From Planctomycetaceae bacterium (GTDB taxonomy: Bacteria; Planctomycetota; Planctomycetia; Pirellulales; UBA7805), in the NCBI GenBank assembly GCA_902630355.1, contig CACOUL010000002.1, positions 59,605-123,604 on the forward strand: 64,000 bases of DNA, written 5' to 3'. A program made the translations under genes and the position numbers. Position 1 is the stretch's first letter; every line of letters begins with the position of its first letter. Below are positions 34,086 through 44,342 of the stretch, one piece after another. The notes below the pieces were generated by a model. That model was not told where the DNA came from. It searched no databases and saw nothing but the letters and a program-made list of their open reading frames with translations.

Positions 34086-35282
34086 CTATCGCACCACAGC
34101 TTCCTGACATACCGCGTCAAACTGGCGGGCGACCGGCTCTGCGGCAAATTCCCGGCAAACCAACTCCCGAGCAGTTTTCCCCATCTGTTCCCGCTCTTCC
34201 TGGTGGCTTAAAAGTCGATTGACGGCATCTGCGAAGTCCACAACCGAATCAGCTAATAGTATGTGCTTTTGGTCGTCAACTTTCAAACCTTCGGCTCCGA
34301 TCGAGGTACTCACGACAGCTTTTTCCATCGCCATCGCCTCAAAAATTTTGATGCGCGTCCCCCCACCGACCAGCAGCGGAGTCACTACCACCGCCGCTTG
34401 ATCCAAATAGGGCCTCACATCGGGGACCGTCCCCAGCACCTCGACCCCCGCTTCATTAGTGAGTGTTTCCACCTGACGCGATGGATTTCGGCCCACAATC
34501 TTAAATTGGGCATCGGGATGCGCCTGCCTTACTCTCGGCCAAACCTGTTTTACAAACCATTCAACACCTTCTTGATTCGGCAACCAATCCATCGAGCCTA
34601 CGAACGTAACTTGGTTTGGTAATGCCTCCGCGCGAGGCTGAAAAAATTCGGTGTCCACCGCCGTATCGATCACGTGGACGTGTTTCCAACCGTAGTCGCG
34701 CTCAAATTGCTCACGATCCTGATCGCTAACGGCGATTACGGCATCAAAATATTGGCCCGACTCTTTTTCAAATCGCACCATTTTTTTCCATTGCAAATAC
34801 ATCACGAGGCGCCGCACCCAATGAGATGCGGTTTCGATATAACGCCTGAAAATTTGTGCCTCGACATTGTGCTGAAATAAAAGGCGGCCGCGACAAGGCA
34901 ATCCTCGGGCGATCGGCACCATCTGACAAAAATCGCAGACAATCAAGTCGTAATGCTCTTGAGATGCAAGTTGCTCAGCTCTGGCGCGCAATGCAGGATT
35001 ATTATCCTTCGCTACACTGAACGGTAGCTTCGAAAACATATTTAAAGCCAGGCCAAAATAAAACTTCCATTCACCCAGCGCGGGGCTTCGCCAGGGGATC
35101 GTTTCTAGCTGCACACCGATCTCCCGCATCGCATCACAATGCGACTCTTCGCCCGCCTCGAGATTACACAGGTACGTCACATCGTGCCACTTTGCCAAAT
35201 ATCGCAACACATTAAGCGTACGGATTCTTCCTCCGGTATTGGTGGGGAAAAGAATTCGGTTCTGGATAAATAGGATTTTCAT
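34086..35282 (-). CDS. GT4-family glycosyltransferase of the PEP-CTERM/EpsH1-associated sugar transferase type
   Basis: The N-terminus MKILFIQNRILFPTNTGGRIRTLNVLRYLAKWHDVTYL is typical of that subfamily. The E-x7-E region reads FEAMAMEKAVVSTSIGAEG. Confidence 0.85.
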   Translation of the reverse strand: MKILFIQNRILFPTNTGGRIRTLNVLRYLAKWHDVTYLCNLEAGEESHCDAMREIGVQLETIPWRSPALGEWKFYFGLALNMFSKLPFSVAKDNNPALRARAEQLASQEHYDLIVCDFCQMVPIARGLPCRGRLLFQHNVEAQIFRRYIETASHWVRRLVMYLQWKKMVRFEKESGQYFDAVIAVSDQDREQFERDYGWKHVHVIDTAVDTEFFQPRAEALPNQVTFVGSMDWLPNQEGVEWFVKQVWPRVRQAHPDAQFKIVGRNPSRQVETLTNEAGVEVLGTVPDVRPYLDQAAVVVTPLLVGGGTRIKIFEAMAMEKAVVSTSIGAEGLKVDDQKHILLADSVVDFADAVNRLLSHQEEREQMGKTARELVCREFAAEPVARQFDAVCQEAVVR

Positions 35283-35304
35283 TTGACGACTGGTTGGCCC
35301 ACTT

Positions 35305-37395
35305 TCATTTTAAATCTCGAAATACAAACCCAAAACCGCGCGGCAGCACCATTTCGCCCCAAATGCGGATCACCGGGGCCCGTTGCCGAAAGCCGTACCC
35401 GGTACCGATCCAACCACGATCAGGACCTTCTCCACCCTCGATCACCTCAATCTGGGAATCGGGCCAATCCAAGATCTCAAACTCGACTTGGAGCCCATCC
35501 TCGGTTCGAATCAAAAGCCCTGATTCACCGGTGCCACGACTTACGGACGATGGTGCCAGATGGAAAAAGACTTCGATCTGTCGCGTACCGCTTCCCTCCA
35601 AGTGATCCAGAATCAACCAAGTCCCCTGGCGATCGTAATAAATTCCACGGCGGTGCGTTACCGGGGGCGACACACCAAAAAATCCCGCGTGCGAAGACTC
35701 GCAGTAATCAAACAGAGTGCCGGAATGCGAACGCAATGGTCCGGGAACAGCCACTGAGGACCATGCGTTGGATCGATGATAGTTGGCATGCGATGCCCCA
35801 TCGACCAACACCGTGTTGTGGGCAGACGCTTCCCGAAAGTAACGATGCCATGCTGGATCTTCATCGTACGTGTAAAAACCACCGTCCACGAGAAGTGGCT
35901 TTCCGCCGATTGTGAGCGTTAAGGATAAAAGATCGCTATGCCCGTGGGCAGAAGAAGGAATGGCCGAGGTATGCAGGCCAGCAGCCAACGGACCACAATC
36001 GAATGCCAGATGGCTATCGTTTTCGTTCCAACCGCTACGCATCACGTAATAACCACTTGCCGGGAACACCGCTGTTTTCTCCTGCGGTGTACGGGACGCA
36101 AGATTTTTGAACTTGGCATAACCCTCGGCCCCGAGTAACCACAGTGCGTCCTCGTAAAACTCTCCGGCCACAAATTTCATGTCTGGCCGTTCGAAAAGCA
36201 CACTTCCAATCGCGAGTAGATTTCTGAAATCCCACAAAGGCAGTTCGCCAAAACAAAACGCACGGGCATTGTCCGCGTCGCCGATCCTTGGAACCGTACC
36301 ATCACCCCTGGTCATCCAAAGGGTAAAGTCGAGCCCTCGCTCGATGGCTTGCTTCAATCCTTCCGGAACTTGCTCGCCCCGCGCCTGCCGTACGAGTAGT
36401 GCCAAAATCAAAAACCCGAGACAGTAATTGTGGTAGAACGTGGCCTGCTCGGTGCTCCCGCCATCCTCGTAGTACTGCTGCCCATAGAAATCTTCAATCA
36501 CTTTCCATCCATGGAGTCGCCACGCTTCCGATTCGTCAAATTCGGGAAAAAAGCAACCTAGGATAAAGAGCCCTGTTGCTTCGGCAATGATATGGTTGTT
36601 GGGACTGTAGTAATACGAGATGTGCCGATGCAGGTAGGCGCCATGGTGATAGAACGCTTTGATCCAATCTAAATGGTCGTCTGGCGAAAGGCACTCTTGA
36701 TCGCGGCATAACTGGTACACCCAAATCCAATTCAGGGCCCGCACAGCCACCTCAATGGCACTGCTCCAGTGAATGCCCTCCAAATAAGGATTGCCGGCAA
36801 TCCAACTCTGGACGAGTTGATTCACTCTGATCGGGTAGCGTTGATCGCTTGTGAGTCGGTATGCAATGGCACACTCGATCAAAAAATCATGCCGCGAGAG
36901 CTCCCAAACATATTTGACATCGCCCCCTCCTTCTCGACAAAAAGAAAAATCGAGATCGCCGTGGAATTGCGGTTCCCAGCGATAGCCCATTTTAGGGTCC
37001 GTATGCCAATCAATCGGATCCTCCAGCGCCACATCGAGCCCGAGAAAAGAAAATTTGCCGTCGCAGACTTTATCCGCGTTTTCCGTAACTTCTTGCACTT
37101 TGTCGGGAAAGATCTCGTGATACAGCACACTTGCGCTCGCGACTGTGCCGCTTGCCAGAAGCATGGGTGGCTCGTCGCGGGTTTGCATGTGACGCTCCCA
37201 CCACGCAGCCAACGTGTGGGAGTCGGGCACCACCGGACTGGCACCACAGAGTTTCTTCGCCCACTCCGCATGAGACCAGCCGAACGCACCCATACGAAAT
37301 TTCCTGCGCTCCGCGACAGTCGCAGCTCGGTGCTTGAGACGAAAAAGAATTTCCCCTCCCGACATGCCCATCAATTTGCGAAGACGGAGGTTCAT
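35305..37395 (-). CDS. Heparinase II/III-like protein (alpha/alpha toroid plus beta-sandwich); no signal peptide
   Basis: Shows the toroid-domain block NNHIIAEATGLFILGCFFPEF and the Hepar_II_III block HGHSDLLSLTLTIGGKPLLVDGG. The N-terminus MNLRLRKLMGMSGGEILFRLKHRA is not signal-like. Its start overlaps the upstream stop as ATGA (37392..37395). Confidence 0.8.
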   Translation of the reverse strand: MNLRLRKLMGMSGGEILFRLKHRAATVAERRKFRMGAFGWSHAEWAKKLCGASPVVPDSHTLAAWWERHMQTRDEPPMLLASGTVASASVLYHEIFPDKVQEVTENADKVCDGKFSFLGLDVALEDPIDWHTDPKMGYRWEPQFHGDLDFSFCREGGGDVKYVWELSRHDFLIECAIAYRLTSDQRYPIRVNQLVQSWIAGNPYLEGIHWSSAIEVAVRALNWIWVYQLCRDQECLSPDDHLDWIKAFYHHGAYLHRHISYYYSPNNHIIAEATGLFILGCFFPEFDESEAWRLHGWKVIEDFYGQQYYEDGGSTEQATFYHNYCLGFLILALLVRQARGEQVPEGLKQAIERGLDFTLWMTRGDGTVPRIGDADNARAFCFGELPLWDFRNLLAIGSVLFERPDMKFVAGEFYEDALWLLGAEGYAKFKNLASRTPQEKTAVFPASGYYVMRSGWNENDSHLAFDCGPLAAGLHTSAIPSSAHGHSDLLSLTLTIGGKPLLVDGGFYTYDEDPAWHRYFREASAHNTVLVDGASHANYHRSNAWSSVAVPGPLRSHSGTLFDYCESSHAGFFGVSPPVTHRRGIYYDRQGTWLILDHLEGSGTRQIEVFFHLAPSSVSRGTGESGLLIRTEDGLQVEFEILDWPDSQIEVIEGGEGPDRGWIGTGYGFRQRAPVIRIWGEMVLPRGFGFVFRDLK

Positions 37396-39395
37396 TTCGT
37401 TGAACCCACTCCTCCCGCTTCAACTGCCGCACCGCTTTGTTCGCAGCCCGCCATGATCTCCGCAGAGACATCGTCGTAACTCCCACTGTCCAGAAACACA
37501 CGTGCCCAAATCTCAAAATTCATCAACGTCCAAAGGGCATCTGTATGGTCTCTCCGGCCCCGTTGGTTTTCACTCAGAAGACGATTGAGAAAATCCACAT
37601 TAAAAATGTTACGCTGTCGAGTTTTCTCGCTTGCCAGTACGCTCGCAAACAACCCCCCGTAACTTTCATGCAGCCACTGCCTGAGCGGAACGGGAAATCC
37701 CATTTTCTCCCGCGTCAAAATAGACTCGGGCACGATCTTCGATACCGCTTTTTTGACCAGATACTTTTCGCATTTTCCATTGAGTTTCAATCGATTCGGC
37801 ACTCGCGCGGCAAACTCGACCATTTCGTGGTCGAGGAATGGCACGCGACTTTCGATCGATGCTGCCATACTCATGCGATCTTGCTTCATCAAAAGTTCGA
37901 CGAGATACGTTTTCTGGTCGACGTATAACAGTCGATCTAAATCATTTTTGCCACCACGACCCTCATAAAGATTCATCACGTCACGATACGGATTCTCATC
38001 CTTTACCTCCGCATAAAAATCGGCGCTGAAGAGCGATTCGTGTATCCGCTGGGGGAAGATCGCATGAAAATTATCAAACACTAATTCCTCGGGCCGCATC
38101 GCGTGATTCAAAAATGTATGTGAAATCTTCTTTTTCACGTTCAGCGGTAGAGGCCACTTCCAGAGCAACGGTCGCAGACACTTCTCGCGCAACCAGTGTG
38201 GAACCAGCTTCTCGTAGAGCGATCCCCATTTTAAATTAAAAAGCGTTGCCCAATAGCGAGAATACCCCGCATAAAGCTCATCGCTTCCTTCCCCCGTCAG
38301 CACCACCTTGACCCGCTCACGCGCCAATTCCGCCACATGATAGAGTGCTACGCTGGAGGGATTTCGAATCGGTTTATCTTCGTGCCAGACCAATTTTGGT
38401 ATCGATGCGATCAGATTCTCTGCGCTCAGTACAACCTCGTGATGTTCTGCGCCGATCGATTTGGCGACCTCACGCGCGAACGAAAACTCACTATAGTATT
38501 GTGAATCGAAGCCTACCGAAAACGTCATCAACGGATCGGCCATCTGTTTGGCCATCGTCGCTGCAATCGCACTTGAATCGAGACCGCCACTTAAAAATAC
38601 TCCTAGCGGTACATCGCTCATCAGCCGCAAGCGAACCGTCTCCTCAAACAAAGCGGTAAACTCGTCGACCCACTCTGATTCTTGCTGTTCGGTCACCTTG
38701 TCTTCCGGTGGCGGAACATCCCAATATTGTTCGATTTCCAACGTTCCGGATCGCCACAGCATGCGGTGACCGGGCGGGAGCACATCAATGCCTCGAAATA
38801 GCGTTTCTTGACCCGAAATGTACCCAAACGTGAGCAACTCTGGCAGACGCTGTTCATTGAGTTCGGCCGGGCAGAGTCCGGAAGCGACGATTGACTTCAT
38901 CTCCGAGGCACAAAGCAGACGATCTTTTGCAACGGCGTAGTACAACGGCTTGATGCCCAGCTTATCCCGCGCAGCAAACAGCGTCTGCCTCTTTTCATCC
39001 CAGATAACAAAGGCAAACATGCCTCGAAAACGGTGAACGCAATCGGGTCCCCATTCTTCGTACGCGTGAACGATCGTTTCTGTATCGCTCTGCGTCTGAT
39101 AGCGATGTCCCCGCTGGATCAATTCGTTCCGCAATTCGAGATGATTATAAATCTCCCCATTGTAAGTGACCCAAACAGTTTGATCCTCGTTCGACATCGG
39201 CTGGATGCCGCCTGCCAGGTCGATGATGCTCAGTCGTCGATGACCGAGCCCAACGTGCAAATCACCGCGGGAGAAAACTTGTTGCCCCTCAGCATCTGGG
39301 CCACGGTGTGTTTGGATATCGGTCATCGCGCGCAGCTTCGATTGAAGCTGCGGTGGCGTCGATGAGCTCAATAAAATAGAGGCAATTCCACACAT
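37392..39395 (-). CDS. Asparagine synthase-family glutamine amidotransferase (AsnB-like), paralog 1
   Basis: N-terminal nucleophile MCGIASIL, PP-loop FLSGGLDSS, 667 aa. Confidence 0.9.
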   Translation of the reverse strand: MCGIASILLSSSTPPQLQSKLRAMTDIQTHRGPDAEGQQVFSRGDLHVGLGHRRLSIIDLAGGIQPMSNEDQTVWVTYNGEIYNHLELRNELIQRGHRYQTQSDTETIVHAYEEWGPDCVHRFRGMFAFVIWDEKRQTLFAARDKLGIKPLYYAVAKDRLLCASEMKSIVASGLCPAELNEQRLPELLTFGYISGQETLFRGIDVLPPGHRMLWRSGTLEIEQYWDVPPPEDKVTEQQESEWVDEFTALFEETVRLRLMSDVPLGVFLSGGLDSSAIAATMAKQMADPLMTFSVGFDSQYYSEFSFAREVAKSIGAEHHEVVLSAENLIASIPKLVWHEDKPIRNPSSVALYHVAELARERVKVVLTGEGSDELYAGYSRYWATLFNLKWGSLYEKLVPHWLREKCLRPLLWKWPLPLNVKKKISHTFLNHAMRPEELVFDNFHAIFPQRIHESLFSADFYAEVKDENPYRDVMNLYEGRGGKNDLDRLLYVDQKTYLVELLMKQDRMSMAASIESRVPFLDHEMVEFAARVPNRLKLNGKCEKYLVKKAVSKIVPESILTREKMGFPVPLRQWLHESYGGLFASVLASEKTRQRNIFNVDFLNRLLSENQRGRRDHTDALWTLMNFEIWARVFLDSGSYDDVSAEIMAGCEQSGAAVEAGGVGSTK

Positions 39396-39494
39396 GATCT
39401 TGGTAAAAAGCTATAAGCTTCCCTTAGGACTCTTTTTCTTTCCCTGTTGCTCGGCAACGCACTCGATTAAAGAAATTCTCTCTAAACGCGCAGC

Positions 39495-41360
39495 TTACTG
39501 CGAGTTGATATTTTTATGCCACCATCTTCTAAAAAAAAGATACCTCCAAAGCACCTCTGTGCGATCACGCGTACCCGCCCAATGCTCTTGGGCTAACGCC
39601 TTGAGGTCCTCGGTGGAAAAAATTCCCGCCTCTCGCATGCAAGGATCGTTTAAAGCCTCCTCCAAAGCGGGCCGAAGTTCCTTCCGCAACCAATGTTCCA
39701 TTGGCAATGCAAATCCCCACTTCCGTTGTTTCATCACTTTTGCCGGCAACTGCCGTCCAAAAAGATCCTTGAGTATTACCTTGGTCACCCGATTGTCAAT
39801 TTTCCAGCTTGCGGGCAGGCGAAAAGCAAATTCAACGATACGATAGTCCAGAAAAGGAGCCCTCAATTCGAGTGAATGTGCCATGCTCATGCGATCCACT
39901 TTGACATTGATGTCGTCCGGGAGGTAATACTCCAAATCAAAACTCGTGTACGGTCGTAGACAATCCCCATGATCGACCATTTTGAGGTCTCGACCGATTG
40001 CATCGTAGGTGGAAAATCGGTGCGTTGATTCAACGAATTCGCGGGACAAAATTTCTCGCGTCTCAAATTCATCGGTACCCACAATAAAATGCTGGTGGTG
40101 ATCGAGACCAAGGGAGCGAAAATACCGACGCCCGGGAGCGCTGCGGGGAAGGCAGTGGTGTACCGCTTTGCCAAAGCGTCCGATGATCGATCGAACCAAA
40201 CCGGGCCACGATGGCCGATTGAGAATTCGAAGGTAGCGTTCGTATCCACCAAAACTCTCATCTCCTCCGTCGCCCGCAAGGGCCACGGTAACGTGCTTTC
40301 GCGTCATCTCCGAGACGTACCAGGTGGGAACTGCCGAGGAATCCCCGAACGGTTCGTCAAAAGCATCAACCAAATCGTCGAGAACATCGACTGCCGAGGG
40401 ATTGACCACCAGTTCATGATGATCGGTTCCAAACTTTTCGGCGACCGCCCGGGCATATTGTTTTTCGCTATATTCGGACTCAGAAAAATCGATGTGAAAC
40501 GTCTTCACGGGCCCACTGCTGTGGCGGGCCATCTGAGCAACAATGATGCTCGAGTCGAGACCGCCACTTAAAAATGCCCCCAGAGGCACATCGCTGATCA
40601 TCCGCAACTTGACGGAATCCTCGATGAGCTGAAAAAGCTCTTCGCTGGCATCTTCACGCGATCGCGAAAAATCAATTTCTCCCTCCAACTGCCAATAGCG
40701 ATCAATATCTATCTTCTGTGAATTTCCATCAGCGACCAGTCGCCCAGCGGGGGGAAGTTGGCGTACGCCCTTATAAATGCTCCAAGGATGCGGGATATAA
40801 CCGAGCGTGAAGAAGTGGTGAACCGATTCCGGATCCATTTCGCGAGGAACGGCATCACAAACCATCAGACACTTTAATTCAGACCCGAAATAAAGACCAT
40901 CTTTCGTTGAAGCGTAGTAAAGCGGCTTTTGGCCGAGCCGGTCGCGAACGATGGTAAGCTTCTTTTTTGGTGCATCCCAGACCGCAATGGCAAACATGCC
41001 ATTGAGTTTTTTGGCAAAGTCGACTCCATACTCTTCGTAAAGATGCACGATGACTTCCGTGTCTCCCTGAGTGGAAAACTTATGCCCGCGCTTGATTAAA
41101 TCGCTCCGCAGGCTTTGGAAGTTATAGATCTCACCGTTAAATACGGTGCAAATTGTCCGATCTTCATTGAATATCGGCTGCGATCCAGTGACCAGATCAA
41201 TAATACTTAGTCGCCGCATCCCCAGACCAACAGGCCCGGAAACGAACATCCCCTGGTCATCAGGGCCGCGATGCACAATTCTCTTGCACATGGCATCGAC
41301 TAGTCCCTCAGGAACCGGGTCGGATGAAAACAGTCGGTAAGCGCCCGTAATACCACACAT
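39495..41360 (-). CDS. Asparagine synthase-family glutamine amidotransferase (AsnB-like), paralog 2
   Basis: N-terminal nucleophile MCGITGAY, PP-loop FLSGGLDSS, 621 aa. Confidence 0.9.
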   Translation of the reverse strand: MCGITGAYRLFSSDPVPEGLVDAMCKRIVHRGPDDQGMFVSGPVGLGMRRLSIIDLVTGSQPIFNEDRTICTVFNGEIYNFQSLRSDLIKRGHKFSTQGDTEVIVHLYEEYGVDFAKKLNGMFAIAVWDAPKKKLTIVRDRLGQKPLYYASTKDGLYFGSELKCLMVCDAVPREMDPESVHHFFTLGYIPHPWSIYKGVRQLPPAGRLVADGNSQKIDIDRYWQLEGEIDFSRSREDASEELFQLIEDSVKLRMISDVPLGAFLSGGLDSSIIVAQMARHSSGPVKTFHIDFSESEYSEKQYARAVAEKFGTDHHELVVNPSAVDVLDDLVDAFDEPFGDSSAVPTWYVSEMTRKHVTVALAGDGGDESFGGYERYLRILNRPSWPGLVRSIIGRFGKAVHHCLPRSAPGRRYFRSLGLDHHQHFIVGTDEFETREILSREFVESTHRFSTYDAIGRDLKMVDHGDCLRPYTSFDLEYYLPDDINVKVDRMSMAHSLELRAPFLDYRIVEFAFRLPASWKIDNRVTKVILKDLFGRQLPAKVMKQRKWGFALPMEHWLRKELRPALEEALNDPCMREAGIFSTEDLKALAQEHWAGTRDRTEVLWRYLFFRRWWHKNINSQ

Positions 41361-41384
41361 AAAACTAGAGATTTCTTTCCTGGC

Positions 41385-42776
41385 TTAAGCCCTACCTAGG
41401 GCAAGTTCTCGCAGCAAATCCTGATCGCCCTCTTCTGCCTGTTGTTGCGTTACTTTTGTATCGGAAAGAACGCCATAATTCGCTTGACCAAAAATTTTGG
41501 TGTAACACACTGATAAAATAACAAGCCAAAATCCCCACTCGAGATAAAAGAAGTCCCCTACCAGACACCCCATCAACCACGCTGCGAATCCACCTATCAG
41601 GCATGGGCCATAAAAGGCACTGGCAAGGTCACCAATTTTTTTACGGAACTGCATTGTTTTAAAAACAGACCACATTGCAGAGAAAACGAAACCGAGATGA
41701 ATAACGAGTCCCTGCACGCCCCAGTCGAGCGCTTCGTTGATATAACCCTGATGTACCGAGTTATTATAGAAAGACGAGCCTCTACTTTTCATGATCTGCC
41801 GTGCTCTCTTGGTGTCGAAGGCATCTCCTCCGGAACCGAAGGGGGTCTGTTGAATCATGGTCAAACCAACGCCCCAGAAAAATTCTCGCGATTCAAAGGA
41901 ATTTTGATCTCTTTTGCCTTCGTATGTACTTTTGTCACTCGTAAATGTGCGCATGAAACGAGCCATGATCTCCGGGTTTCCGGCAAGAATGACAAAGCCG
42001 AGGACGCCCAAAGCAACACCCTGCAGGGCACGTTTACGCACGCGACCGGAAGATACGAGTAGAATCGCGACGCCGGCGGAAATGAGGCCTACAAAACCAC
42101 CGCGACTCTGCGTCATCATCATCAATTCGATGGCGAGAAGAACAGCTCCCGTCACGATAATTTTTTCTTTCCATTTAACGAATGCCATGAAGCCTACATA
42201 GACGGGCATCAACGATACGCAGATGTTCGACAATTCATTCGACTTCGCACAGCCCGGTCCACCGAAATTCTCAAGACGCCCCTGCACCATCGTGAAATGA
42301 CCAAGGACCCTCGCTTCGAAACCCCAATAAAATAGACCCAACGCAAAAAACCAATTTAAGAGCATAAAGTCTTTTCGCGATTGAACGGCCTTTTGCATCA
42401 CAAAGTAAAGGACCACAAATTTGGCCATTTCGACAAAAATAGGCCAGCTTTTCTGGAAGTTCATCGCAAAGACATATTGGACGATTAAGCCGTTGACGGC
42501 TAACAAGATTGCAAACATCGAAACTCGTTTGATATTGCGATCTTCACGAAACTCTGCCTCTTGCCCATTAAGATAAACACTGCCTAACATCAGCCAGGCG
42601 GAAATGAGGCTCCACCGTATGCCGCCCGGCAATACATTACCCCAAGCCCAATATTGCGGCTGCATAAAGAAATTGAGCAGGTAATACCCTACACCCCAAA
42701 TGGATCGGTTGAGCGCCTTGTAGAGCATAAACCCGGAAAGGACGAAATAGAGAGCGAGTGTGAGCAGAGGAATCAC
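41385..42776 (-). CDS. O-antigen ligase/polymerase-like (Wzy_C/WaaL family) polytopic membrane protein
   Basis: About 10-12 predicted TM helices. A Wzy_C-type loop begins MMMTQSRGGFVGLISAG, followed by a large periplasmic loop (TSDKSTYEGKRDQNSFESREFFWG). The gene is AT-rich, like many wzy genes. Confidence 0.8.
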   Translation of the reverse strand: MIPLLTLALYFVLSGFMLYKALNRSIWGVGYYLLNFFMQPQYWAWGNVLPGGIRWSLISAWLMLGSVYLNGQEAEFREDRNIKRVSMFAILLAVNGLIVQYVFAMNFQKSWPIFVEMAKFVVLYFVMQKAVQSRKDFMLLNWFFALGLFYWGFEARVLGHFTMVQGRLENFGGPGCAKSNELSNICVSLMPVYVGFMAFVKWKEKIIVTGAVLLAIELMMMTQSRGGFVGLISAGVAILLVSSGRVRKRALQGVALGVLGFVILAGNPEIMARFMRTFTSDKSTYEGKRDQNSFESREFFWGVGLTMIQQTPFGSGGDAFDTKRARQIMKSRGSSFYNNSVHQGYINEALDWGVQGLVIHLGFVFSAMWSVFKTMQFRKKIGDLASAFYGPCLIGGFAAWLMGCLVGDFFYLEWGFWLVILSVCYTKIFGQANYGVLSDTKVTQQQAEEGDQDLLRELALGRA

Positions 42777-42790
42777 TGCGGATCTCTTTG

Positions 42791-44221
42791 TTAATTTGTG
42801 ATCTGATTCATCACATCCACCAGCTGGGAAGTGAGATTCCTACTGTCGAAGGCATGGATTGCGCGATCCCAATCACCTCGAAACGATTCGGCCTTCATTT
42901 GCAAATCAAGTTCTCGGATCGCATCGGCAATCTTCACCGGATCTGCTGGATCGGCGATTAAGCCGATTTTATATTCTTTAATCACGTCTGCCGTCGCTCC
43001 ATCCTTCGTAATCACAAGAATTGGCTTCCTAAATGTTAGCATCTCGTACAATTTAGCCGGAACCTGCAATGTCGACATAGGTTGAATCACGACCAAAACA
43101 TCGGATTTCGCCATTTGCATGAGTGTTTCCTCGTGACTCAGACGGCCGCGAAGATGAACTTCCGGTAGCTCCCACTCCACCAATCGTTCAGCAAGGTCTG
43201 GCGGGTGATCGACCAAGCCAATTTGCTCAAATTGCACCTGTCCTCCCGATTGTTTCAGGTGCTGTATCGCCTCGATCATCGGCATCAGACTACGATGCCA
43301 GTAGATGCTACCCGGGTGGCACAGCGTGAGCGGAGAACCTTCGCTCCGTTGATCTGCATCGCGCAAATAGCCTCGCACCGGTTCCACAATGTAATCGTCG
43401 ACTCCGTTTGGAATAGCTATAAATTTATGGTGCCATCGCTGCGGATACGCGTTTACAAAATTCTGCCTCAGTCGCTCTGTATTCAATATGACCCGATCTG
43501 CAAAACGCACACACAGTCGCTCAAGCTTTTTTTGGAGCCACATTCGAAAGCGATAGTCTTCTTGGTTGAGCCATTCATCGCTCGCCCACGGATCACGCAA
43601 ATCGATTATTAGCGGAATACGCGTCAAGAAGTGGATACCGAGGCCTGCCAGATGTGCGCTATGGGGAGGCCCGGAGGAAAGGATCACTTGCGGACAATGT
43701 CGACGTGCCAACCGACATCCGGCAATCACGGCCGGGCCGACCCAGTTGACGCAATTATCCGGGGTGTAAAAGAGCGTCTCTTTCACAGCAAATAGAAAAT
43801 CACGCATTCGTGACATAAGGCTTCGACCGGTCACTGCGAAATTTTGCTCCGAAACGGATTCGTCGGAACCTCCGGCCGGGCGATCTGCTGGTGTCTTTGG
43901 CTTAATTTTCGTTATCAATCGCTTGACCCATTTAATCAAGCGATCAAGGGGACGCCAAACGCCAGTACGCTCGACGACGGCACCCTGAGGAATGCGGTCG
44001 CACAAACTGTGGTCGACTGGATGGCCGATAACGGCATCCTCTTTCATTGCCACTACAATCCCTTCCCAGCCGAAGGAAGGCATGTGATGCATAAATCTCA
44101 AGGTGCGATAAATTCCCACCGCTGCAATCGGCGGAAACGTATGACACACAAACAAGCATTTGCTTGGCAGTTTGTCTCGCGATTCGCACTTCGTTTCATC
44201 CATCGCTTCACATTCAATCAT
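42791..44221 (-). CDS. GT4/GT-B-fold glycosyltransferase
   Basis: 476 aa with GT-B C-terminal features (VVIQPMSTLQVPAKLYEMLTFRKPILVI). Confidence 0.7.
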   Translation of the reverse strand: MIECEAMDETKCESRDKLPSKCLFVCHTFPPIAAVGIYRTLRFMHHMPSFGWEGIVVAMKEDAVIGHPVDHSLCDRIPQGAVVERTGVWRPLDRLIKWVKRLITKIKPKTPADRPAGGSDESVSEQNFAVTGRSLMSRMRDFLFAVKETLFYTPDNCVNWVGPAVIAGCRLARRHCPQVILSSGPPHSAHLAGLGIHFLTRIPLIIDLRDPWASDEWLNQEDYRFRMWLQKKLERLCVRFADRVILNTERLRQNFVNAYPQRWHHKFIAIPNGVDDYIVEPVRGYLRDADQRSEGSPLTLCHPGSIYWHRSLMPMIEAIQHLKQSGGQVQFEQIGLVDHPPDLAERLVEWELPEVHLRGRLSHEETLMQMAKSDVLVVIQPMSTLQVPAKLYEMLTFRKPILVITKDGATADVIKEYKIGLIADPADPVKIADAIRELDLQMKAESFRGDWDRAIHAFDSRNLTSQLVDVMNQITN

Positions 44222-44342
44222 GGGACGCGGTATTTTTTGGGGAACAAAGCGTTTGGAGAGGCAGGACTCTCCTGCCCCTCCGACACGCAGAGCAGCAACT
44301 GGACAGGCACCCCACGCCCTTCTGCGTATCCTCGCGGCTCCC

